Assembly: GCA_016187125.1 (NCBI GenBank)
Contig: JACPKF010000002.1
Location: 1,469 to 65,468, forward strand
DNA length: 64,000 nt
Source: Candidatus Saccharimonadota bacterium
GTDB taxonomy: Bacteria; Patescibacteriota; Saccharimonadia; Saccharimonadales; UBA10212
Direction: 5' to 3'
The notes beneath the pieces were generated by a model. The model was not told the DNA's origin. It did no database searches and saw nothing but the letters and a program-made list of their open reading frames with translations. A program made the translations under genes and the position numbers. Positions 37,992 through 46,531 of this stretch are shown piece after piece. How positions within the stretch are numbered: the stretch's first letter is position 1; every line of letters starts with the position of its first letter.

Positions 37992-38402
37992 GTGAAATAC
38001 TTGTCTAGCTTTGCCCTTATCTTGAGTGTATGGCTGGTTATGGCCTTGGGCCAGGCACCGCCGGTTTTTGCTCAGAATGGCCAGCAACAAATCAACCGAG
38101 GCTTATGCGCCGGCGCCAATTTGCAGTTCACCGAAGGCGGTGCCAGCTGCCAAGGCGGAGATGATGCCACCGCCAAGTTTAATCAAATCATTAAGGTTGT
38201 TATTAATCTGCTGTCAGTCATCGTCGGCATAGTTGCCGTCATCATGATTATTGTCGGCGGCCTGCGCTATATTACCAGTGGCGGTAGCGACACCAGTGTT
38301 ACCAGTGCCAAAAACACCATTCTTTACGCTGTTATTGGCTTGATTATCGTCGCCCTCGCCCAAGTATTAGTCCGCTTTGTCCTTCGCAAAATTACCCAAT
38401 AG
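37992..38402 (+). CDS. VirB2/TrbC-like T4SS pilin paralog 7
   Basis: GTG start; GGLRYITSGGSDTSVTSAKNTILYAVIGLIIVALAQ. Confidence 0.7.
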   Translation: MKYLSSFALILSVWLVMALGQAPPVFAQNGQQQINRGLCAGANLQFTEGGASCQGGDDATAKFNQIIKVVINLLSVIVGIVAVIMIIVGGLRYITSGGSDTSVTSAKNTILYAVIGLIIVALAQVLVRFVLRKITQ

Positions 38403-38446
38403 CTAAGCCTAGGCTTAGCTAGTCCCTAGTCCATAGCCGATAGTCC

Positions 38447-38791
38447 TTAGCTATAGCTTATTGATAAAGTTATTGAGCAGTTTGTAAATTTCGTGAACTT
38501 TATTAATTGAATTTCTTCTTCGGAGCTGATGTAACTGAGCTTAGTAGCAATTACTAACATTGATTCAACTTCGGCGGCTGAGCCTTTGGCTATGAATAAG
38601 AAGTTTCGAAATGCCTTATCACTGCGTCTGGCATAACCCTCAGCAATATTATTGGGAATGGATAGTGCAGCACGCTGGATCTGATCTCGGAAGCTAAAAT
38701 CTTTGGATTTAGAGAAAGTTTTGTATATCTCAATGGAAAAATCGCTTGCTTTCTGCCAAACTACTAGGTCTCTAAAAGAGTAAACACTCAC
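38447..38791 (-). CDS. four-helix-bundle protein (23S rRNA intervening-sequence protein family)
   Basis: FRDLVVWQKA...QIQRAALSIPNNIAEGYARRSDKAFRNFLFIAKGSAAEVES. Confidence 0.8.
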   Translation of the reverse strand: MSVYSFRDLVVWQKASDFSIEIYKTFSKSKDFSFRDQIQRAALSIPNNIAEGYARRSDKAFRNFLFIAKGSAAEVESMLVIATKLSYISSEEEIQLIKFTKFTNCSITLSISYS

Positions 38792-38853
38792 AGCCCCATC
38801 CTACCAGGCTAAGTGCCAAGGACTAAGTGCTAATGGCTAATCGCGTTTGGCGA

Positions 38854-39333
38854 TTACATTACCGGTATTTTCTTTACTGTGTCTTGTTTAACTTTAGGCG
38901 AGCTGATGGTTAGTACGCCGTCTTTCAGCACAGCTTCGATCTCTTCTTCCTTGACCGGCACCGGCAGCACAATGCTGCGGCTAAATTCGCCCCAATAACA
39001 TTCCTGCAAAAAATAATTCTCGACGTCGTCTTCGGCACCCGAACTCAGCGTGCCTTTAATTGTCAGCGTATTATCAGAAATACTGACATCTAAATCAGCT
39101 TTATTAACACCGGCTACGCGGCCTTTAACATAGAGCTTTTCTTTAGTTTCGTAAACGTCTACGGCTAGTTGTCCGGCAACCGGCTCCTCGCCGTCCCAAT
39201 CTTGATCATCGGCGCTAGCATCGGAGCCAGCCGCATCGTCATTAGTAGTTACGGCCTCGTCCTCACTCAAGAAAGCCGAAGTTATATCATCGCCCATTAA
39301 AAGATCATCTTGCTGTTGGCTACCTCGAGCCAT
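38854..39333 (-). CDS. Hsp20/alpha-crystallin family small heat-shock protein
   Basis: Alpha-crystallin domain (LAVDVYETKEKLYVKGRVAGVNKADLDVSISDNTLTIKG...GEFSRSIVLP...KDGVLTI). Confidence 0.85.
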   Translation of the reverse strand: MARGSQQQDDLLMGDDITSAFLSEDEAVTTNDDAAGSDASADDQDWDGEEPVAGQLAVDVYETKEKLYVKGRVAGVNKADLDVSISDNTLTIKGTLSSGAEDDVENYFLQECYWGEFSRSIVLPVPVKEEEIEAVLKDGVLTISSPKVKQDTVKKIPVM

Positions 39334-39526
39334 AGCTTTACCCTCCTTGTCCGCCTAAAACCTCGCAGAGAATCTGTGCGGACGAACCCGCCGGTTCTTT
39401 GAAATTTTGGCGAGCGAGCTTAAAAATTTATCCGAAATTGCCTGTTTGTGTTAATGTCAGTATAGCTGAGCACTATCTTTATACGCAACATGTTACAATG
39501 AACATTTACAACAGAACAATTACAAC

Positions 39527-40219
39527 ATGGGTGTCTTTGAAACAGCAATTGGGTGGTTGGCGCCACCGCAGTGTATTGGCTGTGATATTGAAGGCACTGC
39601 CTTGTGCGAAGCTTGCTCCACCTCTGAAATTGTGGCTTACGGCGAGCGTTGCTACTTGTGCGGCGCGGTTGCTCCGGGTGGCCGGACTTGCCCGAGTTGC
39701 CGGCCCGGCTCACCCCGCTTTGTGTGGATAAGTACTAACTATGAAGGCCCAGCTAAAGACTTAGTTAAGCTATATAAATTTAGGCATCAACGTGCGGCTG
39801 CCTCGACTTTGGCACAGCTGATGAATCAAACTATGCTGGATTTTAATACCAAAGCCGATGTTGCGCGAACCGACTATTTGGTTGTACCGGTGCCTACAGC
39901 CACCAGCCGTATTCGGCAGCGTAGTTTTGATCATTCAACTTTGTTGGCTCGAGCTTTAGCTAAAAAACTTGGCCTCAAAGAGGCTGCAGTTCTAGGCCGG
40001 CTTGGCCAATCCCGCCAACTTGGCGCTCCCAGAAGTACCCGGCTCAAACAAGCCGATGGCCAATACTATGTCCGTCTTCCCCACTTGGTCAAAGGCCGCA
40101 ACATTCTGCTAATTGACGATGTTGTCACCACCGGCGCGACTATAAAAGCCGTAACTAAGCAGCTGCGGCGGGCTGGCGCCCGCCGCATTGATGCCCTAGT
40201 CTTCGCCAAACGGTTGTAG
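39527..40219 (+). CDS. comFC: ComF family protein (ComFC-like phosphoribosyltransferase-fold competence protein)
   Basis: N-terminal zinc-finger cysteines (CIGCD...CEAC...CYLCG...CPSC) and the PRTase motif ILLIDDVVTTGATI. Confidence 0.8.
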   Translation: MGVFETAIGWLAPPQCIGCDIEGTALCEACSTSEIVAYGERCYLCGAVAPGGRTCPSCRPGSPRFVWISTNYEGPAKDLVKLYKFRHQRAAASTLAQLMNQTMLDFNTKADVARTDYLVVPVPTATSRIRQRSFDHSTLLARALAKKLGLKEAAVLGRLGQSRQLGAPRSTRLKQADGQYYVRLPHLVKGRNILLIDDVVTTGATIKAVTKQLRRAGARRIDALVFAKRL

Positions 40220-40220
40220 C

Positions 40221-40886
40221 TTAACTGGTATCCATTTTCCCTCTGATAGGAATATCGTGCCATGGCTTGTCGGCCATGCCCACCAAATCCACAGCCCAAC
40301 TAGGGTCTCTTCGCCCTACTTCACTGTCCAGAATCCTTTGATCCGATATTAGCGTGCCATTAGGTCGAGTGGGATGGCTAACATCTAAACCCCAAGGCTC
40401 CATTTTAAATTGTACTTGATCAAGAATTGGTGCGCCCTTTTCTCTATTTGGACTAGGTGTAAACTTCATACCCTTCGCAACTTGTTTTAATCGTAAACTG
40501 GCAAGACCGCCAATGTTATCAGTGTTATCCAAAGGGGTGTATTCAGCCACAAAACGACCTATGGCATATTCAGGACTAGCCACCCGGTTTGGATGTTTGG
40601 GGTTCTTTACTCTGGGTATCATCACGGGGTTAAAATAGGTAGTTTCCCCGTCTTTTACTGTACCTCTGTAAAGTATGACTGGCTCCCCAGATCTAAGCAC
40701 CCTAGCTGCTCGTGTGGTTAGTACTTCTATAGGAATAAACTGTTCGTGCCCGGAAACATCCTCTATGTTTGATCCTCCAATTACAGGGCTCGGTTTTGCT
40801 TCCACCCTACCAGCTAGAGTTGCCGCAACGCCTACTGCAGCAGCAGTGGCGGCAATGTTACGGATGGTTTTTCTTCGTTCTGACAT
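40221..40886 (-). CDS. secreted hypothetical protein
   Basis: 221 aa with N-terminal RRKTIRNIAATAAAVGVAATLAGRVEA (signal peptide, possibly Tat-like). Confidence 0.55.
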   Translation of the reverse strand: MSERRKTIRNIAATAAAVGVAATLAGRVEAKPSPVIGGSNIEDVSGHEQFIPIEVLTTRAARVLRSGEPVILYRGTVKDGETTYFNPVMIPRVKNPKHPNRVASPEYAIGRFVAEYTPLDNTDNIGGLASLRLKQVAKGMKFTPSPNREKGAPILDQVQFKMEPWGLDVSHPTRPNGTLISDQRILDSEVGRRDPSWAVDLVGMADKPWHDIPIRGKMDTS

Positions 40887-41025
40887 TTTTTGATTTCCTT
40901 TTCTTTAACCTGACACCATACTACCATACTTGTGCTAAAAAGTCAATATTGATGTCAAATCCTCCATAGCTCCAACACAAGGCCGGAGCAACGGAGGATG
41001 GCGGAGCCAGATACAGTCTTGTACC

Positions 41026-41115
41026 TGGCGGAGAGAGTGGGATTCGAACCCACGATACCGTTGCCGGCACACCAGTTTTCAAGACTAGCGCCTTCAACCA
41101 CTCGGCCATCTCTCC
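41026..41115 (-). tRNA. tRNA-Ser (anticodon TGA), CCA encoded
   Basis: Folded by hand: acceptor GGAGAGA/TCTCTCC, anticodon loop CTTGAAA, long variable arm, T-arm GTGGG-TTCGAAT-CCCAC. Confidence 0.85.
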
Positions 41116-41198
41116 GCCATCGATTATACCAGTGAGCCTAAAAACAGAGGTTATTTGTTATTATGTATTAGCTATTCTAGAAAAGCGTAGCGATACCC

Positions 41199-41250
41199 AA
41201 TTTTGCAAAATCGTGCTTAGCAGATGTTTGCAAAATTGAAGAGGAGGAAG
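41199..41250 (+). promoter_or_regulatory. conserved hairpin leader motif, copy 1 (upstream of tRNA-Ser GCT)
   Basis: aattttgcaa-N19-ttgcaaaatt followed by gaagaggagg. Related copies lie at 42396..42447 and 47662..47710. Confidence 0.6.
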
Positions 41251-41314
41251 TGACCCGAGATTGAAAGTAAGCAAGCTTTACGCGCTTACGGAAACCGAGT
41301 GTCGATTCCGACGA

Positions 41315-41407
41315 GGAGAGGTACCCAAGTGGTTGAAGGGGACGGTTTGCTAAATCGTTAGGGGTGCGCAAGTGCCCGCGAGAGTTCGAATCTCTCCCTC
41401 TCCGCCA
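41315..41407 (+). tRNA. tRNA-Ser (anticodon GCT), CCA encoded
   Basis: Hand-folded: acceptor GGAGAGG/CCTCTCC, anticodon loop TTGCTAA, long variable arm, T-arm GAGAG-TTCGAAT-CTCTC. Confidence 0.85.
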
Positions 41408-41669
41408 GCTTAAGTCGTGACTCCAGCTTCCGTAAAACAGCGGAAGCTGTTTTACTTCCAGCTTACTCGTGCCTTTAAGCTACGCCCCATGAAGAATCCT
41501 CTTTTCGCAGGGACCCCTTAACACCCCGATATCTCGGTGTGTTTTGTTGAGACTGCGCTACAATAAACATAAGCATGAATCCCGTTAGACCCCAAAAGAC
41601 TCACAAGCATCGTATGTCGGTTGAATCTCGGCATAGTTTATCAATCGTTAACCAGCAACAGAAGGTTAA

Positions 41670-42257
41670 GTGGGGTCTAACGGGATGAATGATGACGAAA
41701 ATGGGTCTTGGGATTATAAACCCGACGGCCAAAATGTTTCCAAGCAGCCGGAGCTGCCCAGCACCAAGTCTGGAAAAACTCATCGTAGGCAGCCAGAACT
41801 AAAGCCGGTTAGTTGGACAGCTTCGGAATACATTGACCATAGCCGGGGGCCGGTTTGGTATATTTTACTAAGTTTCATCACCGTGTTACTAGCCGCTGCA
41901 GTTTATTTTCTTACCAAAGATCGTTTTGCAACTGGCCTGGTTGCAGTTGTTGGCATAATTGTAGCTGTTTATAGCCTAAAAAAACCTCAACAACTTACAT
42001 ATGAGCTATCTGAGTCCGGCTTGAGGGCCGGTGAGAAGGTCTACACCTACAGACTTTTTAAATCGTTTGCCATTATCCATGAAGGCGCTCTGTCCAGCAT
42101 AACTTTTCTGCCCATCAAAAAATTTATGCCGCCACTTAGTATCTTTTTTGACGCAGCGGACGAAGAAAAAATAGTCAAAATTCTTGGTCAGCACCTGCCC
42201 TACGAGCAGCGAGGACTGGACAGCATGGATCGTCTTACCCGTCGCCTCCGCTTCTAA
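41670..42257 (+). CDS. membrane protein with two TM segments and a C-terminal ~90-aa domain (bacterial PH-like?), function unknown
   Basis: 195-aa ORF; the likely start is the ATG at 41685. TM pair VWYILLSFITVLLAAAVYFL / GLVAVVGIIVAVYSL. Confidence 0.55.
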   Translation: MGSNGMNDDENGSWDYKPDGQNVSKQPELPSTKSGKTHRRQPELKPVSWTASEYIDHSRGPVWYILLSFITVLLAAAVYFLTKDRFATGLVAVVGIIVAVYSLKKPQQLTYELSESGLRAGEKVYTYRLFKSFAIIHEGALSSITFLPIKKFMPPLSIFFDAADEEKIVKILGQHLPYEQRGLDSMDRLTRRLRF

Positions 42258-42395
42258 GTAATGAGACAAAACCAATGGTTTTTTCTCATCAGACCTGACG
42301 AAATGAATTCGTCTCCGCTAATAGCGGATCGGTCCGGCTCTTTTTCCTCTATACATCTTAAAGCCCTAAATGGTAAAATAACCCCTGTTCTTACC

Positions 42396-42447
42396 AATTT
42401 TACAAGATCGTGCTTTAGCAGATTCTTGCAAAATTGAGAGGAGGAAG
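42396..42447 (+). promoter_or_regulatory. conserved hairpin leader motif, copy 2 (upstream of tRNA-Arg)
   Basis: aattttacaag-N18-cttgcaaaatt followed by gagaggagg. Confidence 0.6.
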
Positions 42448-42507
42448 CAACCAAAGGCTGAAGATAATTTGTTATCTGACAAATTAAGGAAGCCAGTCCG
42501 TCGATTC

Positions 42508-42695
42508 CGACCCGTTCGACAAGCTCAGGGTCGTCCTGAGTGAAATCGAATGGACGACGAGCACCCGTAGCTCCCGCCTACGCCACCCCCTTCGTTATCT
42601 CCTTCGCTGAAGCTACGAAGATCAAGGAAGCTTCCTCCTTCGCAAATGCTTCGGAGAACAAATCGGAGGTCAAGAAGGCTTCGGCGGGCAGGCAG
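42508..42695. repeat. composite of two dispersed repeat families in the tRNA-Arg leader
   Basis: 42508..42562 resembles 7125..7181 and 49957..50013. 42581..42695 is ~90% identical over shared blocks to 55939..56029 inside murE. Confidence 0.7.
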
Positions 42696-42719
42696 CTGGA
42701 TCGCCCTAGCACTTATCAA

Positions 42720-42794
42720 GTCCCCATAGTTTAATGGATAGAACACTGGCTTGCGGAGCCGGCGATAGAGGTTCGAATCCTCTTGGGGGCACCA
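42720..42794 (+). tRNA. tRNA-Arg with genomically encoded GCG anticodon, CCA encoded
   Basis: Hand-folded: acceptor GTCCCCA/TGGGGGC, anticodon stem CTGGC/GCCGG, loop TTGCGGA, T-arm AGAGG-TTCGAAT-CCTCT. Confidence 0.7.
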
Positions 42795-42885
42795 AAATCG
42801 GTCACATTAAGGAGAGTCGTACCATAAGGTTTGGGTCTGATGATGAGGCCGGGGATTCTCATATATCCCTAAAGGGTACATTTTA

Positions 42886-43164
42886 GTGAAAGAAATCTTA
42901 AAGCAGACTTTAATACTGGCTTACGCTGGAGTTGGCGTTGTCGGGCTTATTGCCTATTGGCCAACTATCAAAGACTTGTATCACCATCAAAAACCGAGTG
43001 CTAATGTATCTTCATATGCGATATGGACGGCAACTTCTGGTACTGGGTTTCTGTATAGCTTATTTATTCTCCCCGATTTGCTTTTTAGGATTGTGTCAGG
43101 GATTAACTTTGGAGCCTGCGCCTTGGTACCCTTTTTGAGTATCAGACTCAAGAATAATCGTTAA
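42886..43164 (+). CDS. small 3-TM membrane protein (PQ-loop/SemiSWEET-like?)
   Basis: 92 aa with three hydrophobic segments. The family assignment is a weak guess based on size and topology. Confidence 0.4.
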   Translation: MKEILKQTLILAYAGVGVVGLIAYWPTIKDLYHHQKPSANVSSYAIWTATSGTGFLYSLFILPDLLFRIVSGINFGACALVPFLSIRLKNNR

Positions 43165-43303
43165 AATATTATTCTAACCTTAAGTACTTGTAAATCTGGT
43201 TTACCGCGCCGGATAAATTTTTTTGACTCGTCTAACATCGGTTTGGCCCATTTACTAATTTTGTTAGAGCAAGACTAAGCTTACAAATCTATCCTCCGAG
43301 TTG

Positions 43304-43756
43304 TTACGTATCTGGAAATGGAGGGTACGTAACGTCCATAAGCCCGTCAGGAGCGGGGAGAGTCGTAAAAGGTTGTACCAAATGAATAAGTCTGTGGTCG
43401 CCGAGAGTGCGAGCTTGTCCGTTAGTCACTCCGCCGCTTAGAGGAACCACGGTTATCTCATCCGGGTTAGTTGGATCTTCATGGATTTCTATTACAAACC
43501 CGGGTAATATCCCCCGAGGATCGTAGTGGGTGGAATCATACATCACCCATGGTCGCAATAATCCTGGAACTAAGGTTCCTGAAGAGGGATCTATCACGTC
43601 CACTTCATGTCCTGGGGCAACTTCTACTTCCTCGGGCACTACAACTTTTTCCCGAGGATATACAACTTCGGCTTCTCCAAGAGAATCTAGAAATGCTTGC
43701 GACTCTGGCGGTAATTGCCAACCCCGGCTACGGTCTTCCACTTTTTTATTTGCCAT
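43304..43756 (-). CDS. hypothetical protein
   Basis: 150-aa ORF with no recognisable motif. Confidence 0.45.
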   Translation of the reverse strand: MANKKVEDRSRGWQLPPESQAFLDSLGEAEVVYPREKVVVPEEVEVAPGHEVDVIDPSSGTLVPGLLRPWVMYDSTHYDPRGILPGFVIEIHEDPTNPDEITVVPLSGGVTNGQARTLGDHRLIHLVQPFTTLPAPDGLMDVTYPPFPDT

Positions 43757-44020
43757 AAATACTCTTCTTTATTTATATCATTAAAAATTATTTATCAAGC
43801 TCTAGTTTAGCATCATTCTAAAAAAAAGTCAATCAGCTATCCCTGAACCTCAAAACCTCCGTCAAAGTCCATCGCCCAAGGTACAACTCATCCGTTGTTT
43901 ACAAGTTGTTTACAAGGAGCCTCCTTGTAAACGGCAAAAATATTGTCTAATAAATTATGTTTTGAGATTCAGGTAGCTATGGCTTAAATAAGAACTCTGA
44001 ATTGGTATTATAGAAAATGC

Positions 44021-45232
44021 ATGTTAAAAAGCGCTCACAATTTGGTTAAAAGTGTTGGTAAAAAGCTGAAGCTTGACGATGCGACCGTAGAAAAGCTTCT
44101 GAAGGCGGACGCGGAGCACCAGTTTGAAATTAGTTTGAAAAGTGGGAAGCAGTTTAAGGCTTACCGTGTCCAGCATAGCAATAAACTAGGCCCCTATAAA
44201 GGCGGAATCAGATTCCATCCTCGGGTGAATCTGGATGAAATAAGAACTCTGGCAACTTTAATGAGTCTTAAAACTGCCGCTGTGGGGCTGCCGCTTGGTG
44301 GCAGCAAAGGCGGCGTGACGGTGGATCCAAAGGTACTTACTCAAGACGAACTCGAGGAACTAAGTCGTAAGTATGTACAGCACCTGCAATCTCATATAGG
44401 ACCGGCTAAAGACGTCCCTGCTCCTGATGTAAATACCAATGCCCAAATCATGGATTGGATGATTGACGAATACCAAAATCTGACTGGCAACCTGAGCCAG
44501 GCTAGTTTTACCGGTAAAAGTCTGACTAGTGGCGGCAGTGAAGGCCGTGATGAAGCCACCGGCCGCGGCGGCGTAATTGCCCTGCGCGAACTCCTTATGC
44601 TACAAGGATTATCCTTGCAGCATAAGGGGGATCAGGTATTGCGTTTTGCCGTTCAGGGATTTGGCAATGTGGGTTCGAATTTTGCAATCGTCGCTGAGCA
44701 GGAGCAGCCCAACTGGAAGTTAATTGCCGCCAGTGATTCTGGTGCCACTATTTTTGACTCAGAAGGACTTAGTGCCTCTAGTCTGGCGGCCTTTAAAAAA
44801 CAAGCTGGCCGCTTTAGCCAGTACAAAAATGCTCAAGTCCTAAACAGTGACGCAATATTGTTCCTGGAAGTTGATGTTTTGGTCCTAGCGGCCCTGGAGG
44901 ATGCCATAACAAATAAGAACATGCAGCAGGTTAAGGCCCGACTTATCGTTGAGCTAGCCAATGGGCCGATTAACGAAACCGCCTATGGTTACTTGGCCAA
45001 AAAAGGCATAACTGTTTTACCGGACATTATCACCAATGCCGGAGGCGTTATTGTAAGTTATTTGGAGTGGCTACAAAATAAGGCTGATGAGCGTTGGACG
45101 CGCGCCAAAGTTAACACCGAGCTAGAACAGTACATGATTAAAGCCATAAGCGAGGTTTATAAAACTTCTAGTTCACAAAATCTGACACTCAAAGAAGCGG
45201 CAATTATGCTAGCTCTCAAACGCCTGACTTAA
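44021..45232 (+). CDS. gdh: Glu/Leu/Phe/Val dehydrogenase family (glutamate dehydrogenase-like)
   Basis: Catalytic region KGGIRFHP...LPLGGSKGG and the Rossmann motif AVQGFGNVG. Confidence 0.85.
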   Translation: MLKSAHNLVKSVGKKLKLDDATVEKLLKADAEHQFEISLKSGKQFKAYRVQHSNKLGPYKGGIRFHPRVNLDEIRTLATLMSLKTAAVGLPLGGSKGGVTVDPKVLTQDELEELSRKYVQHLQSHIGPAKDVPAPDVNTNAQIMDWMIDEYQNLTGNLSQASFTGKSLTSGGSEGRDEATGRGGVIALRELLMLQGLSLQHKGDQVLRFAVQGFGNVGSNFAIVAEQEQPNWKLIAASDSGATIFDSEGLSASSLAAFKKQAGRFSQYKNAQVLNSDAILFLEVDVLVLAALEDAITNKNMQQVKARLIVELANGPINETAYGYLAKKGITVLPDIITNAGGVIVSYLEWLQNKADERWTRAKVNTELEQYMIKAISEVYKTSSSQNLTLKEAAIMLALKRLT

Positions 45233-45393
45233 ACAATGTTCGATGTCTCATAGAATAAGGCGAGACCAAAAGCAATGCAGTATTGCTATTTATTTGCTAC
45301 AAGGATAATCCTTGTAGCAAATCTTGTAGCAAATAAATAGTCTCTAGACTACTGACGGAGAGTGCTTTTACAGTTAATAAATTTAGTAGTCTG

Positions 45394-46530
45394 TTATTGG
45401 ATGATGATCTTTTTCGTAGGCTTCTTTTTTGGCTTTGGGGCTGGAGCCCGTGGTATAGTCTCTGGTTTCGTGACAGCCGCGGGAGTCTCAACCGGTTGCT
45501 CTTTATCCGAGGTTGGCTCGGAACGTTGCGACTTCCCTTTGCCTAAAACCATCGGACCAGCAATGGCTAAGACACCCAGAGCAGCATATGTACCGCCAAA
45601 AATATAGTAAGTTTTGTTTATGTTAGCTATGATGTCGGCGGCCAAGGTTGTTATTGTTTCCTGCATAGCCTTATTCTCTATCTTCAGCTGCGGCAGTAGC
45701 TTTTTATTAACACCCCAGTTCAGGGTGTAGGCCGAGATTAGTAAGAAGACGCCAATGGTAGTAAGTGTGACGCCTAAACGGCGCAATCCCCGTGTCCGGC
45801 TGGCGCTCAGGAAGATTATGCCAAGGGCGGTTAACAGACTCAAAAGTGCCAAATAAAGCGGTGTCTTTTTAACCTGCTGATAATAGTTTGGTACGTCTTT
45901 TAGCTGGTCGGCAAAAACCGATTGGCTAGAGCCTGATAACTTAACAATGTCGGCTGTGATAACCGGGTCTTTTAAGAAGCCCTCGCTGCTGCTCAAGCTG
46001 TTTCGTATTTGCTCGGCTACGCTGGCTGGCGTTGTACCTTTGGGCAAACAAGTGGCGCTGAACGGTTCATATGAATCGGCGCTGCCAGATAATCCCGCCG
46101 GACAAGCAGGCAGCGTAGCGGCCCGGGCCTGAGCTGCCTTGGCGGTTTCGGTGGCAAAGGTCTCTTTGAGTCCGGATAAGTCAAGCTTAAAGTCAGGCAC
46201 CTTTGTCTTACCATCCAGCCATAAAAAGACACTATCTAGTACTTTTTCGGTGTTTTCCTGCAAAAACTGGGGTGTAAAAGTTTTTTCGGCTACCGCTTTA
46301 ATGTTTGGATCGGTCAGAGAGATTCCTTCACCTTCCCCACCAGAAGTCTTAACCTGATCCAGGGTACTGGAGATTAGGGAATTATAAATGTCGCTGTCAG
46401 ACAGAAACTTTTTTATATTCCCAGAGCTGCCGGCCGTGCGGATAATACCGGTGTCTATAGCCAGCGTAAACAAAAAAAGCGGCAATATAAGCGCCAAAAA
46501 AAACACTAAAGTCTTCCGCACAAAACGCAT
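45394..46530 (-). CDS. membrane protein, function unknown
   Basis: 378 aa with an N-terminal TM segment, C-terminal TM segments and a Lys/Pro-rich tail. Confidence 0.55.
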   Translation of the reverse strand: MRFVRKTLVFFLALILPLFLFTLAIDTGIIRTAGSSGNIKKFLSDSDIYNSLISSTLDQVKTSGGEGEGISLTDPNIKAVAEKTFTPQFLQENTEKVLDSVFLWLDGKTKVPDFKLDLSGLKETFATETAKAAQARAATLPACPAGLSGSADSYEPFSATCLPKGTTPASVAEQIRNSLSSSEGFLKDPVITADIVKLSGSSQSVFADQLKDVPNYYQQVKKTPLYLALLSLLTALGIIFLSASRTRGLRRLGVTLTTIGVFLLISAYTLNWGVNKKLLPQLKIENKAMQETITTLAADIIANINKTYYIFGGTYAALGVLAIAGPMVLGKGKSQRSEPTSDKEQPVETPAAVTKPETIPRAPAPKPKKKPTKKIIIQ

Positions 46531-46531
46531 A

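Noticed and set aside
17076-38402. Interpreting the T4SS locus as an integrated conjugative element or prophage
   Set aside because: No integrase, relaxase, coupling protein, replication or phage structural genes, or direct-repeat att sites are visible in the window, and the locus abuts core origin genes. The flanks beyond the window are unseen, so this rejection is provisional.
40921-41371. ORFs 40921..41109 and 41177..41371 (also 42525..42746 and 47462..47656)
   Set aside because: They overlap hand-folded tRNA genes and their leaders, so they are artefacts of ORF calling across tRNA sequence.
42540-42734. 64-aa ORF (…SFAEATKIKEASSFANASENKSEVKKASAGRQ…)
   Set aside because: It reads straight through the dispersed repeat at 42581..42695 and into tRNA-Arg. 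The same repeat is read in a different frame in murE, so there is no conserved protein.
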